The notes below the pieces were generated by a model, which was not told where the DNA came from, made no database searches, and saw only the letters and a list, made by a program, of their open reading frames with translations. Source: a candidate division WWE3 bacterium (GTDB lineage: Bacteria; Patescibacteriota; WWE3; UBA101185; UBA10185). Taken from it: a DNA stretch of 63,751 bases. Shown piece by piece: positions 46,723-58,942 of this stretch (position 1 is the stretch's first letter; every line of letters begins with the position of its first letter). A program made the translations under genes and the position numbers. Where the stretch lies: contig JAAZNV010000012.1 in assembly GCA_012798115.1 (NCBI GenBank), forward strand, positions 1 to 63,751, written 5' to 3'.

Positions 46723-48879
46723 TCAAAATAAAGACGTTACAGATTCTCTTTTCTTTTCCTTTTTAAGCAGAGGATTCCTCCAGCTACTATAGTCGCAATC
46801 AGGATACCTACTGCAACCATAAAACTTTTTTCTCTTTGCTCTTTTAACAACAACATCCCCTGTTCCACATTTAGGACATTTAACACCAACTTTATCCATA
46901 AAGTTTTGTGTCGTCTTGCATTTTGGGTAATTGCTGCATGCTAAAAACTTTCCAAATCTTCCTTGTTTTAACTTAAGAACACCATCAGAACAATTAGGAC
47001 ACTTACCATAATCCTTCTGCTCATTTTCTCCATTTTCCCCCACCAACGGTTTTGCATACTTGCAATCAGGGTATCCAGAGCAGCTTAAAAACTTCCCATA
47101 CTTTCCAAGTTTAAAAACCAGAGGCTTGCCACATTCTGGACATGCTTCTCCACTTTCCCCAAGGTTGGTCACATCGCTTTTACTTAAGGCCTTGTCTTTC
47201 TCAACTAAAGTTTTTTCAAACGGCTCATAGAAATTTCTAACAAGAGGGATCCACTTCTTTTTGCCTTCTGCAACTTCATCTAAATCCTCTTCCATTTCCG
47301 CAGTAAATCCATAATCAATAATATCCGGAAAGTGTGCTACTAAAAGATCATTTACTACATAAGCGACATCTTTTGGAATAAAAGACCTCCCATCTTTTTC
47401 AACATACCCCCTTGATTGAATCGTTGTAATTGTAGGAGCATATGTAGAAGGCCTCCCAACACCAATCTCCTCCATCTTTTTAATTAACGTAGCATCTGTG
47501 TATCTTGCAGGAGGCTGTGTGAAATGCTGTTCAGAAATCAACCCTTTCAAGGCAACTTTATCATTTAATGACAACTCAGGAAGAAGTGTTTGGTCAGATT
47601 CTCCATTTCCATTACCAACAGTACTTATCCCCAAGTATTTTCCAATTGCAAACCAACCATCAAATTTCACATAAGAACCAACTGCTTTAAACAAATATTT
47701 TTTACTAGATTCTACTTTTATAGTTGTTAAGTCATACACTGCAGGAGCCATCTGACATTCAAGTGATCTTTTCCAGATTACTGAGTAAACTTTTAACTCA
47801 TCTGATTTTAATTTCTTTTTACCTTTTCCTGGTATAAAAAGCAGATTAGTAGGTCTTATTGCTTCGTGTGCTTCTTGTGCATTCTTAGACTTTGTTTTAT
47901 AGAAAACACCTTTTTCAGGTAAGTATTCCTTTCCAAATTGATCCTCAACAAATCCTCGAGCATTGTTTACAAAAACCGGAGATAAGTTTAATGAATCTGT
48001 CCTATGATAAGTAATTATCCCTTGTTCAAATAAACTTTGAGCAGCAGACATTGTCCTTTTAGCTGTAAAACCAAAAACATTAGACATGGCTTGTTGAAGA
48101 GTCGATGTACTAAAAGGAGCATAGGGTTTACTTTCCCTTTTTGACTTTTCAATGGAAGAGATCTTAAACATATCTCCTTTCAAATCACCTTCAATCTTTT
48201 TAGCTTCTTCTTTATTTTTTATTTCTACCTTTTTCCCGTTTTTTTCAAACAAGAAGGCTTCAAAAGGCTCCTTTGAGCTCACTTTTTCAAATAGTCCCTT
48301 CATCGACCAGTATTCATCTGGTTTAAAAGATTGTCTTTCTCTTTCTCTCTCAACAATTAATCTTACTGCAACACTTTGCACCCTACCTGCAGATAGACCA
48401 TACATCACCTTTTTCCAAAGAAGTGGGGATAATTTATAACCAACAAGCCTATCTAAAACTCTTCTTGCTTGCTGAGCATCTACTAAATTCATATCCACCT
48501 TACCTAAGTTTTTAAATGCTTCTTTTATTGCAGATTCTGTAAGCTCATGAAACACAACCCTTCCAAATTTAATGTTTCCTTTCCTAGGAGTAAGTAAATA
48601 TTCTAAATGCCATGCAATTGCTTCTCCTTCTCTATCAGGATCAGTCGCAAGAATAATCTCTTCTACATCTTTGGATTTCTTTTTAAGACTTGTTAATGTC
48701 TTCTTGGCTTTAGGAGGAACAACATATTCAACTTCAAAATTCTTTTCAACATCAACACCTAAGCCACTTTTAGGTAAGTCCCTTATATGACCCATTGATG
48801 CTTCTATTGCGTAATCCTTTGGCAGGATTGATGAAAGAGTCTTAGCCTTTGTAGGCGACTCCACAATTACCAATTTCAT
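46723..48879 (-). CDS. topA: DNA topoisomerase I with C-terminal C4 zinc fingers
   Basis: Toprim MKLVIVESPTKAKT, DPDREGE, YHRTDS-type active-site Tyr region, three CxxC...CxxC fingers. Confidence 0.95.
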   Translation of the reverse strand: MKLVIVESPTKAKTLSSILPKDYAIEASMGHIRDLPKSGLGVDVEKNFEVEYVVPPKAKKTLTSLKKKSKDVEEIILATDPDREGEAIAWHLEYLLTPRKGNIKFGRVVFHELTESAIKEAFKNLGKVDMNLVDAQQARRVLDRLVGYKLSPLLWKKVMYGLSAGRVQSVAVRLIVERERERQSFKPDEYWSMKGLFEKVSSKEPFEAFLFEKNGKKVEIKNKEEAKKIEGDLKGDMFKISSIEKSKRESKPYAPFSTSTLQQAMSNVFGFTAKRTMSAAQSLFEQGIITYHRTDSLNLSPVFVNNARGFVEDQFGKEYLPEKGVFYKTKSKNAQEAHEAIRPTNLLFIPGKGKKKLKSDELKVYSVIWKRSLECQMAPAVYDLTTIKVESSKKYLFKAVGSYVKFDGWFAIGKYLGISTVGNGNGESDQTLLPELSLNDKVALKGLISEQHFTQPPARYTDATLIKKMEEIGVGRPSTYAPTITTIQSRGYVEKDGRSFIPKDVAYVVNDLLVAHFPDIIDYGFTAEMEEDLDEVAEGKKKWIPLVRNFYEPFEKTLVEKDKALSKSDVTNLGESGEACPECGKPLVFKLGKYGKFLSCSGYPDCKYAKPLVGENGENEQKDYGKCPNCSDGVLKLKQGRFGKFLACSNYPKCKTTQNFMDKVGVKCPKCGTGDVVVKRAKRKKFYGCSRYPDCDYSSWRNPLLKKEKKRESVTSLF

Positions 48880-49010
48880 ATGTTATTCAAATTTGAGTAT
48901 ATCACAGGAAACTTTTAGTCAAGAATATTTATAACTTTGCTTGTTGTAATTCTATTTGATTTTAATCATATTTTGTCATACAATGTAAGCACCAACAAAA
49001 GGAGAAAGAA

Positions 49011-49250
49011 ATGGAGGAGATTTCAAGTAGTTTACTAGTTTTACTAGCTAGTCCATTGTTCAGAGCAGTATGTCTTAGCGTAGCTTTTTATGTGTTTTTT
49101 GACTTGATGGTAAAGACAACACCAATGGAAGGAAAGGGTTTTTCCCCAGGAGGAAAAGAAGAAGCTCTAAACTCTATTTTTTCTCTACTAATGGGGGTAA
49201 CTGGGATACTGTTTACAGTAAACCTTATTTTTGCAATTTTCTTTTTTTAA
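49011..49250 (+). CDS. small two-TM membrane protein
   Basis: 79-aa ORF with SD AAAGGAGAAAGAAATG and two hydrophobic helices. Confidence 0.5.
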   Translation: MEEISSSLLVLLASPLFRAVCLSVAFYVFFDLMVKTTPMEGKGFSPGGKEEALNSIFSLLMGVTGILFTVNLIFAIFFF

Positions 49251-49313
49251 TTCTTCTGTACACAGGCTTTAACAAACAACCGTTAGAGCCTATTTTTATG
49301 CTAGAATATTGCT

Positions 49314-49853
49314 ATGGCAGTCAAAGCTGTAATTACCGTTCCCAACTCAATACTAAACAAAAAAGCTCAAAAAGTGAGCAACATCACTAGTGACGTAAAA
49401 AACACAGCAAAGGACCTTCTAGACACTGTGAAGTTAGCAAAAGATCCTGAAGGAGCAGGTCTTGCAGCTCCTCAAATAGGAATATCACAAAGAATAATAG
49501 TAGTAAGAAACTTCTTTGAAGATCCCATTAATCCGCAAGAGATTCATTCCGATGACATAATTTTAATAAACCCTAAGATCACATCTTCCTCTTCTGAGAC
49601 AGAAACTGATTGGGAGGGATGTTTAAGTGTCCCAGATAAATATGGACTTGTAGAAAGGTTTAAAAAAATAAAAGTAACGGCTAAAGACCTCAATGGGAGC
49701 AACTTAAAAATCAAAGCAGAAGGATTTTTTGCAAGAACAATACAACATGAGGTAGATCATCTAAACGGAATATTATTTACCTCAAAAGTAATAGGAAACA
49801 CCATATCTCAAAAAGAATTTGATGAGATTATTGAAAAGGAAAGCCTCGTATGA
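49314..49853 (+). CDS. def: peptide deformylase
   Basis: GAGLAAPQIG, EGCLS, HEVDHLNG. Confidence 0.9.
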   Translation: MAVKAVITVPNSILNKKAQKVSNITSDVKNTAKDLLDTVKLAKDPEGAGLAAPQIGISQRIIVVRNFFEDPINPQEIHSDDIILINPKITSSSSETETDWEGCLSVPDKYGLVERFKKIKVTAKDLNGSNLKIKAEGFFARTIQHEVDHLNGILFTSKVIGNTISQKEFDEIIEKESLV

Positions 49854-50785
49854 AAGTTGCTTTTTTTGGAACATCAAACAGATCAATCCCAATACTTGAG
49901 TCACTAAAATCACACTTTGACATAGTACTAATAGTTACTAAAGAAGACGTTGTAGTAGGAAGGAAGAAAATCAAAAGGGAGACTGAAGTCAAAAGATGGG
50001 CTAAAGAAAATGATATAAAGTTTCTGGAAATAAAGTTTCTCAAAGGAGAAGATTTAGAAAAAGTGGTTGAAGAAGTAAAGGAAACCAACCCTGACTATGG
50101 AGTTGTTGCAGATTTCAGTTTTATTATTCCAAAAGAAATAATTAGCTTATTTGATATCAGACTTATAAATATACACTTTTCTCTTCTACCGAAGTACAGG
50201 GGTTCTAGCCCTGTTCAATTTGCAATACTAAACGGTGATAAAACAATAGGAATAACCTTTCACGTGGTGGATGAAAAAATGGACAATGGAGCAATATTAT
50301 TTCAAAGCTGTTATAGTATGAACGGAAATGAGACAGCAGGTGAGCTTTATGATATCTTATTCAAAATTGCTTCAGATAAACTCCCAGAGATACTAGAAAA
50401 ATATTCACAAGGTCAAATAAAGCCCATTGTTCAAGATAAAGAACTTGCAACATTTACGTTCTCAAAAACTCATCCCAAAAGTACTTTTATCTTCAAGGAG
50501 GACGCTCTAATTGACTGGAGTAAAAAACCAGAAGAAATAGAAAGAGTAGTAAGAGCATTTAATCCGTGGCCTATTGCATGGACATATTTAAAAAACTTGG
50601 AAAAGAGTAAGTACTTGATCACAAGAATAAAACTTAAGAAGCATATCGATAAGGACTTAAAAGTTAAAATATACAAAGCAGTAATTAAAGATGGAAAACT
50701 ATTAATTGAACAGCTACAAGTTGAAGGTAAGAACAAGGTATCATGGAAAGACTTTGAGAATGGTTACTTGAATTCCACTAATTGA
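49850..50785 (+). CDS. fmt: methionyl-tRNA formyltransferase
   Basis: MKVAFFGT, NIHFSLLPKYRGSSPVQ. Overlaps def by 4 nt. Confidence 0.9.
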   Translation: MKVAFFGTSNRSIPILESLKSHFDIVLIVTKEDVVVGRKKIKRETEVKRWAKENDIKFLEIKFLKGEDLEKVVEEVKETNPDYGVVADFSFIIPKEIISLFDIRLINIHFSLLPKYRGSSPVQFAILNGDKTIGITFHVVDEKMDNGAILFQSCYSMNGNETAGELYDILFKIASDKLPEILEKYSQGQIKPIVQDKELATFTFSKTHPKSTFIFKEDALIDWSKKPEEIERVVRAFNPWPIAWTYLKNLEKSKYLITRIKLKKHIDKDLKVKIYKAVIKDGKLLIEQLQVEGKNKVSWKDFENGYLNSTN

Positions 50786-51015
50786 GCTTTTGCTTCCATC
50801 TCTCTTTGCATATCTTTATCTTCTTTTTTTATTCTTTTTAAACAAGAAGCACAAAGCTTGAATTTGACTCTTACCCCATTTATTAAAAATCTTTTCACTC
50901 TAAGATTAGCTTTGTTATGAGATTTAGTTCTTCTAGTAACACGATTACCAATACCTCTTGGTACTAAGTTTGACTTTTGATAGGTTTTCCCGCAAATATC
51001 ACATACTCTTGACAT
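50764..51015 (-). CDS. rpmB: ribosomal protein L28 with C-terminal extension
   Basis: MSRVCDICGKTYQKSNLVPRGIGNRVTRRTKSHNKANL. Confidence 0.9.
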   Translation of the reverse strand: MSRVCDICGKTYQKSNLVPRGIGNRVTRRTKSHNKANLRVKRFLINGVRVKFKLCASCLKRIKKEDKDMQREMEAKAQLVEFK

Positions 51016-51128
51016 AACATTGTGAATTAAACCATATTTAGTGTTTTAAAGTCAACAAAAAGACCGGCGATATGTTTAATAACACCAATCCGGTCTTTCG
51101 TTTGAGAGACTTTATACTTTAACTTTGT

Positions 51129-51413
51129 TTAAAATATCTGCTCTATGTGAAAGCCACCTTCCATGAATTCTTGAATAGTATCCATCGGAGACAAAGGTAG
51201 CTCCTCATCACACAGTCCACAATCATGAGGAGACCCGGGACATAACCCTTCGCGACGTGCTATACAACTTTTAGAGCACCTAGTCTCAATCTCCTCTGAC
51301 GATGGTTTCTTCGAAATTGTCAATATGGAAATGCCATTCAACATATCATCTCTCCTTTTTCTGTCTCTCATGTTGGTGATTGACAGTATAGTACTTATTT
51401 CTTTCCATAGCAA
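51129..51413 (-). CDS. small Cys-containing hypothetical protein (start uncertain)
   Basis: 94-aa ORF next to the tRNA cluster, GC-richer by eye, no motif recognised. Confidence 0.3.
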   Translation of the reverse strand: MLWKEISTILSITNMRDRKRRDDMLNGISILTISKKPSSEEIETRCSKSCIARREGLCPGSPHDCGLCDEELPLSPMDTIQEFMEGGFHIEQIF

Positions 51414-51498
51414 CTTATCAGCTGTTAGAAATACAAAATAAATATATATTATGCTAAAATCGTAAGACAGAGTTACCTTGAAAATTAAGTTAGAATAG

Positions 51499-51573
51499 GC
51501 CGTCTTAGCTCAATGGCAGAGCAGGCGCTTTGTAAGCGTCAGGTTGTGAGTTCAAATCTCACAGACGGCTCCA
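51499..51573 (+). tRNA. tRNA-Thr (anticodon TGT), CCA encoded
   Basis: GCCGTCT..GGCGC-TTTGTAA-GCGTC..GTGAG-TTCAAAT-CTCAC-AGACGGC-T-CCA. Confidence 0.9.
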
Positions 51574-51574
51574 T

Positions 51575-51660
51575 GCCGAGATACCAAAGTGGTCAAATGG
51601 AGCGGTCTGTAAAACCGTTGGCTTTTGCCTTCGAAGGTTCAAATCCTTCTCTCGGCACCA
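51575..51660 (+). tRNA. tRNA-Tyr (anticodon GTA), long variable arm, CCA encoded
   Basis: GCCGAGA..GCGGT-CTGTAAA-ACCGT..GAAGG-TTCAAAT-CCTTC-TCTCGGC-A-CCA. Only 1 nt after tRNA-Thr. Confidence 0.9.
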
Positions 51661-51688
51661 GTGTTTATTAATTTAATCTTAAAAAAGC

Positions 51689-51991
51689 ATGAAAGATTTC
51701 ATAAAATTTATTAGAGAACAAGGAGTAGTAGGTTTGGCCGTTGGCTTTATCCTTGGGGGAGCAGTATCTGAAATTGTATCTTCTATCATTAAAGATTTAA
51801 TTAACCCTTTACTTGGTTTGGTATTAGGACTTACAGGAGGACTTCAAACATCAGTATTAAAAATTGGTTCTGCAGAATTAGGAATAGGAAATTTTATAAG
51901 TACACTAATTGATTTCTTAATCATTTCACTTGTTGTGTATTTTGGAGTAAAGCTTTTGAAACTAGAAAAACTAGATAAAAAGAAGGATTAA
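51689..51991 (+). CDS. mscL: large-conductance mechanosensitive channel (short form)
   Basis: FIREQGVVGLAVGFILGGAVSEIVSSIIKDLINPLLG parallels the MscL TM1 region. Confidence 0.85.
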   Translation: MKDFIKFIREQGVVGLAVGFILGGAVSEIVSSIIKDLINPLLGLVLGLTGGLQTSVLKIGSAELGIGNFISTLIDFLIISLVVYFGVKLLKLEKLDKKKD

Positions 51992-51999
51992 TTTTTATT

Positions 52000-52074
52000 G
52001 CCTGGGTAGTTCAGTGGTAGAACGCTTCCATGGTAAGGAAGAAGTCGAGGGTTCAATTCCCTCTCCAGGCTCCA
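52000..52074 (+). tRNA. tRNA-Thr (anticodon GGT), CCA encoded
   Basis: GCCTGGG..CTTCC-ATGGTAA-GGAAG..GAGGG-TTCAATT-CCCTC-TCCAGGC-T-CCA. Confidence 0.9.
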
Positions 52075-52097
52075 TCAAGTCCCAAGTTAGTACTAAG

Positions 52098-52134
52098 AAA
52101 AACCGGCTTTATTCATTTCTGAATTGCCGGTTTT
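52098..52134. terminator. bidirectional hairpin terminator between tRNA-Thr and the convergent lipoprotein gene
   Basis: aaaaccggc...gccggtttt, with A/T runs on both sides. Confidence 0.55.
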
Positions 52135-52136
52135 AA

Positions 52137-52613
52137 CTATTTTTCATAGATGGGAACTACATAACCTTTGCTACGTAGATTGTTTCCCATCTCAACCATT
52201 TCTTCCTGCAAAACATCTAAAATTTTTGCTGCAGGAAAATTGTCAAATTGGATAACACATCCATTTTGACACCCATACGCTTCAGCGTACGTTTTGATTC
52301 TTGCATCAGACCACAGTCTGACGACATCTAATGAGACAAAATATATCTCATCAGAATCCAGCCACAGTTGATCGTGATATTCAAAAAACTCTCTTACCCT
52401 GTTAACACACAAGGGAAGAGTTTCTTCAACCCGATCAGCTGCAATTCTACCAATAGTAGCAGCACAAGCGGTAGTAAGAGCATTATCTACCTCAGGGCTA
52501 AGAGGCTGCTTCTCACTTGTAGCAACGTTGTTTAGCACAGAGGTAACAGTAGTAGATGCACATCCAGACACCATGGCTGAAAGCAAAATGAAGGCTAAAA
52601 TCTTCTTCATCAC
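52137..52613 (-). CDS. lipoprotein, function unknown
   Basis: MMKKILAFILLSAMVSGC lipobox (VSG-C). Confidence 0.65.
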   Translation of the reverse strand: MMKKILAFILLSAMVSGCASTTVTSVLNNVATSEKQPLSPEVDNALTTACAATIGRIAADRVEETLPLCVNRVREFFEYHDQLWLDSDEIYFVSLDVVRLWSDARIKTYAEAYGCQNGCVIQFDNFPAAKILDVLQEEMVEMGNNLRSKGYVVPIYEK

Positions 52614-52707
52614 TCTCTCCTTGTTTTTGATTAGTTATGTTGCTATTGTAGCATCAAACCAAATATTAGTCAAAGCTATAGGATTATATCTTTTAATAGC
52701 AAGTACA

Positions 52708-53511
52708 TTAGATACCTAAAAAATTCATAATTAAGTATCTAACAACGAGAGGTCCCATTCCTCCTGGGGATTTTGAAATAAAATTCAAATGATCCAGTTT
52801 TGAATTCATATCTAGATCACCAACACATTTGTTGTTTATGACACTTGATCCAAAATCAACCACATTGCAAGCATGTTCAATATTTTCTCCCTTCACTAAG
52901 TTACAGACCCCAGCAGATAAAATTAGTAATTGACAAGATATTTTGCACTTGCCATCATAGTCTGACAAGACATTAACATTAGCTTTTTGCTTGGACAAAT
53001 AATAAGCAATAGGCTTACCAACTAAATCTCCATCTCCTATTACAGTTACATCAAGATTATTCAAATTAATTTTGTTTCCATCAATGAAATGTTTCAATGA
53101 TCTAACAACAGGAGGAAGGGTAACAAAATTTCCTTCATAAAAGCTTTTCTTACCTTCTGTAGATATGATATCAATATCCTTTTCTAAAGGTATTAAATCA
53201 AGCAATTTATTTAAGCTTTTTCTAGGTAGAGGAAGCTGAATAATACATCCTGAAACCTTGTCATTATCAAGTATTTTCTTAACCAAACTAATTATAACCT
53301 CATCAGAAAGGCTATCTTTGATATACGAAGTAGAAACTGGGATGTTAAATTTGTCACAAAGCTTTTTCTTTATTTCAATAAACTTGTCAGAAGATAAATT
53401 CTCACCTATTTGTATTATTGCTAACTCTTTGTCTACTGAGTGATTTTTTACATACTCTTCTATTTTTTTATCAAGAAAGCTTGCTTCTTTTCTTCCATCA
53501 AACAACATCAT
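52708..53511 (-). CDS. folD: bifunctional methylenetetrahydrofolate dehydrogenase/cyclohydrolase
   Basis: DGRKEASFLDKKI...LAIIQIGENLSS, IQLPLP, GDGDLVGKP, PGGMGP. Confidence 0.9.
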   Translation of the reverse strand: MMLFDGRKEASFLDKKIEEYVKNHSVDKELAIIQIGENLSSDKFIEIKKKLCDKFNIPVSTSYIKDSLSDEVIISLVKKILDNDKVSGCIIQLPLPRKSLNKLLDLIPLEKDIDIISTEGKKSFYEGNFVTLPPVVRSLKHFIDGNKINLNNLDVTVIGDGDLVGKPIAYYLSKQKANVNVLSDYDGKCKISCQLLILSAGVCNLVKGENIEHACNVVDFGSSVINNKCVGDLDMNSKLDHLNFISKSPGGMGPLVVRYLIMNFLGI

Positions 53512-53540
53512 TACGATATTATACTTTATAAAAACAAAAA

Positions 53541-53556
53541 CCTCGCAATTGCGAGG
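53541..53556 (-). terminator. intrinsic terminator (cctcgcaattgcgagg plus T-run on the minus strand)
   Basis: Perfect 6-bp stem with a 4-nt loop, followed on the minus strand by TTTTTGTTTT (plus 53531-53540). Confidence 0.55.
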
Positions 53557-53740
53557 TATAAATTTGCCCCGATGTGTCGATCCACCAAGATCGGATCTCC
53601 GTTTGAGTACAGGTGGGTGCTTAGGTTTAAAACTTTCGAATTAAACACTCTTAGCTCCCAGTGAAGATCAAATCGATGGAAGATTTACACGACCTTCGGT
53701 TTGTCCGAGCACATCAGGTTTGCTCGATGAGCATTAATAA
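53557..53740 (-). ncRNA. candidate rod-shaped structured RNA (6S-like or SRP-like architecture; class not established)
   Basis: GC-richer ORF-free stretch between the M50 stop and the terminator. Long-range pairings on the minus strand: gaugug/cacauc, ucgg/ucga, gaucuuc/ggagauc, ucca/ugga. Confidence 0.3.
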
Positions 53741-53795
53741 AATAATAACAAACAAGAGGTAGAGTGCAAATCAAGTATCTTTGTATTTATTGTTA

Positions 53796-54407
53796 CTAAG
53801 GCAAATAAACACCTAATATTTTCATTGTTGTATCAACCAAAGGTGTAAGTATTTTCTCTGTAGAATTAGTTAGGACTAAAAACATTAAAATATATGTTCC
53901 ATATCTCTGAAAATCTTCCCATTGAACAGATAAGTTGTACGGAAGAAAACCATAAACAATCTTATTTCCATCTAATGGTCCAAATGGAATTAAATTAAAA
54001 AACCCAAGGGTGAGATTATATAAAATAGTTAATCCTAAAAATACTCCAGTTAAAGAGTTGATTCCAAGATATTTAAAGGGAAGAGATAGAACAACTGCAA
54101 GGATAAAGTTAGAAGCAGGACCTGCTAAAGAAATTAATGCTGCATCTCTTTTAGGATTCTTTAAATTCAATGGATTAAAAGGAACAGGTTTACCCCACCC
54201 AAACCCCACGAAAAGAAGAAATAAAGTTCCAACAGGATCAAGATGAGCTTTGGGATTTAAAGTTAATCTTCCAAGATACTTAGCTGTAGGATCTCCTAGT
54301 TTATAAGCAGCAAGAGCATGAGAAAATTCATGTATACAAATAGATACTATTAACGCCCCTGCTAACAAGAAAAATGTGAGAGGGCTTTGAAACAACAAAC
54401 TAATCAT
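53796..54407 (-). CDS. M50-family (site-2 protease-like) zinc metalloprotease
   Basis: HEFSHALAA HExxH in a TM helix, and FNLIPFGPLDG. ATG at 54407 is chosen to avoid overlapping secE. Confidence 0.75.
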   Translation of the reverse strand: MISLLFQSPLTFFLLAGALIVSICIHEFSHALAAYKLGDPTAKYLGRLTLNPKAHLDPVGTLFLLFVGFGWGKPVPFNPLNLKNPKRDAALISLAGPASNFILAVVLSLPFKYLGINSLTGVFLGLTILYNLTLGFFNLIPFGPLDGNKIVYGFLPYNLSVQWEDFQRYGTYILMFLVLTNSTEKILTPLVDTTMKILGVYLP

Positions 54408-54452
54408 ATCTATAGCATTATACCATTGAGAAGAAAAAATAATCATGTTACA

Positions 54453-54647
54453 ATGTGCGGCGTGAAGCACGTCATTGGATTCATTAAACAATCTATTGAG
54501 GAATTGAAGAAAATTCAATTTCCAAGTAGGAGAGAAACTTTAAGATTGACTGCTTATGTAGTTGGAATAAGTATTACAGCAGGACTTTTAATTACATTAT
54601 TTGACTATGTATTTAAAGAATTGCTAACCTTAATACTTACAAAGTAA
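54453..54647 (+). CDS. secE: preprotein translocase subunit SecE
   Basis: FIKQSIEELKKIQFPSRRETLRLTAYVVGISITAGLLITLFD, directly upstream of nusG. Confidence 0.8.
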   Translation: MCGVKHVIGFIKQSIEELKKIQFPSRRETLRLTAYVVGISITAGLLITLFDYVFKELLTLILTK

Positions 54648-54649
54648 TT

Positions 54650-55321
54650 ATGGAAGAAACAAATACAAATCAAGTAAATAACAACCAGCTTGATCAAACA
54701 AATGATCAAACAACAAGCCAGTTGAATCAAGCTCAACAAATGAGCGATGAAGAAATTGATGAAGAAAATGTTGTTGTAATAAACAAGAATATATCTAATA
54801 ATGCTCATTGGTATGTAGTACATACCTATTCAGGACATGAAAGCAAGGTAGCAGTAACTCTAAAAGAAAGGATTGAAGCTGCAGGGCATGTAGATAAGGT
54901 ATTTAAAATATTTGTTCCTCACCAACAAAAAATTGTTGTATCTGAAGGAAAAAAGAGATCAGTTGACGAAAAATTGTTTCCTGGATATCTAATGATTCTA
55001 ATGGAAATGAGTGACGATAGTTGGTATGTGGTAAGATCTACACCTGGAGTAACAGGATTTGTTGGAATGGGATCAACCCCTACCCCACTTCCTGAATCAG
55101 AAGTTAGGACACTAATGAAATTTGCTAAAATGGAAGCTCCTAAGTTTGAAGCTAAGTTTAGGGCTGGAGATTCTATTAAAATTAATGATGGCCCATTCAA
55201 GGACTTTTTAGGAAAAGTAGATGAAGTTAATGAGGAGCAAGGTAAGGTGAAAGTTTTGGTTTCTGTTTTTGGAAGAGAAACACCACTAGAACTAGACTTT
55301 GCTCAAGTATCTCAGCTTTAA
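54650..55321 (+). CDS. nusG: transcription termination/antitermination factor NusG with N/Q-rich N-terminal extension
   Basis: WYVVHTYSGHESKV NGN start, and KOW GDSIKINDGPFKDFLGKVDEV. Confidence 0.9.
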   Translation: MEETNTNQVNNNQLDQTNDQTTSQLNQAQQMSDEEIDEENVVVINKNISNNAHWYVVHTYSGHESKVAVTLKERIEAAGHVDKVFKIFVPHQQKIVVSEGKKRSVDEKLFPGYLMILMEMSDDSWYVVRSTPGVTGFVGMGSTPTPLPESEVRTLMKFAKMEAPKFEAKFRAGDSIKINDGPFKDFLGKVDEVNEEQGKVKVLVSVFGRETPLELDFAQVSQL

Positions 55322-55339
55322 AAGTTAAAAGGAAAAATT

Positions 55340-55780
55340 ATGGCAGTAGCTAAAAAAGGTAAAAAAGTAAAAGCAATAGTTAAACTTGCAGTTGATGCTG
55401 GAAAAGCAACACCAGCACCTCCAATTGGACCTGCACTTGGTCAGCATGGTGTATCGATTATGGATTTCTGTAAGGAATTTAATGCTAGAACCACAAAAAT
55501 GGAAGGAAACATTATACCTGTTCTATTAACAGTTTATGAAGATAGAACCTTCACATTTATAACCAAAACACCAGTTTCTACACACTTAATAAAGAAAGTA
55601 TTAAAACTACAAAAAGGATCTTCTACTCCAAATAAGGAAAAAGTTGGAAAATTAACTAAGGCTCAAGTTGAAGAAGTAGCTAAGCAAAAAATGCCGGATT
55701 TAAATACTAAAAATTTGGAGGAGGCAGTAAAGATAATAGAAGGTACTGCTAAATCAATGGGTATAGAGGTAGAAAAATGA
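55340..55780 (+). CDS. rplK: ribosomal protein L11
   Basis: [24 protein letters not shown]. Confidence 0.95.
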   Translation: MAVAKKGKKVKAIVKLAVDAGKATPAPPIGPALGQHGVSIMDFCKEFNARTTKMEGNIIPVLLTVYEDRTFTFITKTPVSTHLIKKVLKLQKGSSTPNKEKVGKLTKAQVEEVAKQKMPDLNTKNLEEAVKIIEGTAKSMGIEVEK

Positions 55781-56430
55781 AAAAGGTGAAGAAAGAAAGA
55801 GACATAAAAGAATACAAATTAAGTGAGGCCATTAAGAGAGTAAAAGCTGAATCAAAAACAAAGTTTGATGCCAGTATTGAACTTCACATTAACCTTAACA
55901 TAGATCCAGTTAAACAAGGAATTAGATTTTCAGTGGATCTTCCACATGGAACTGGAAAAACGAAAAAGATTGCAGTTCTTTCAAGTGGAAAAGTTAATGG
56001 GGCAGACGTTACTTTAGATGAATCAAGTTTATCTGGAATAGATAGCGGAAAAATAAAACCAAACGTTGATTTTGAGGTGTTTATCGCAGAACCAAAGTTC
56101 ATGCCTTTACTTGCCAAATACGCAAAAGTTTTAGGTCCAGCAGGAGTTATGCCCAATCCAAAGAATGGAACAGTAACTGAAGACGTAAATACAGCAGTGG
56201 AGCAATTTAAAAAAGGAAAAGTAGAAATTAAAACTGAAAAGTTAGCATCCCTTATTCACACAATAGTAGGTAAAGTGAGTTTTGAAGATAAAGCTTTGGA
56301 AGAAAACTTTAAAGAAATAGTTAATACACTTAAACAGAACAAACCTGCAAAAGTAGATCCTTTATGGATTAAGAGTATGTATCTTACTTCATCAATGGGA
56401 CCTTCTGTAAAAGTTGCGATTGAAGATTAA
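55777..56430 (+). CDS. rplA: ribosomal protein L1
   Basis: [16 protein letters not shown]...[15 protein letters not shown]. Confidence 0.95.
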   Translation: MKKVKKERDIKEYKLSEAIKRVKAESKTKFDASIELHINLNIDPVKQGIRFSVDLPHGTGKTKKIAVLSSGKVNGADVTLDESSLSGIDSGKIKPNVDFEVFIAEPKFMPLLAKYAKVLGPAGVMPNPKNGTVTEDVNTAVEQFKKGKVEIKTEKLASLIHTIVGKVSFEDKALEENFKEIVNTLKQNKPAKVDPLWIKSMYLTSSMGPSVKVAIED

Positions 56431-56442
56431 TCTCTAATTTCA

Positions 56443-58938
<2,496 letters not shown>

Positions 58939-58942
<4 letters not shown>

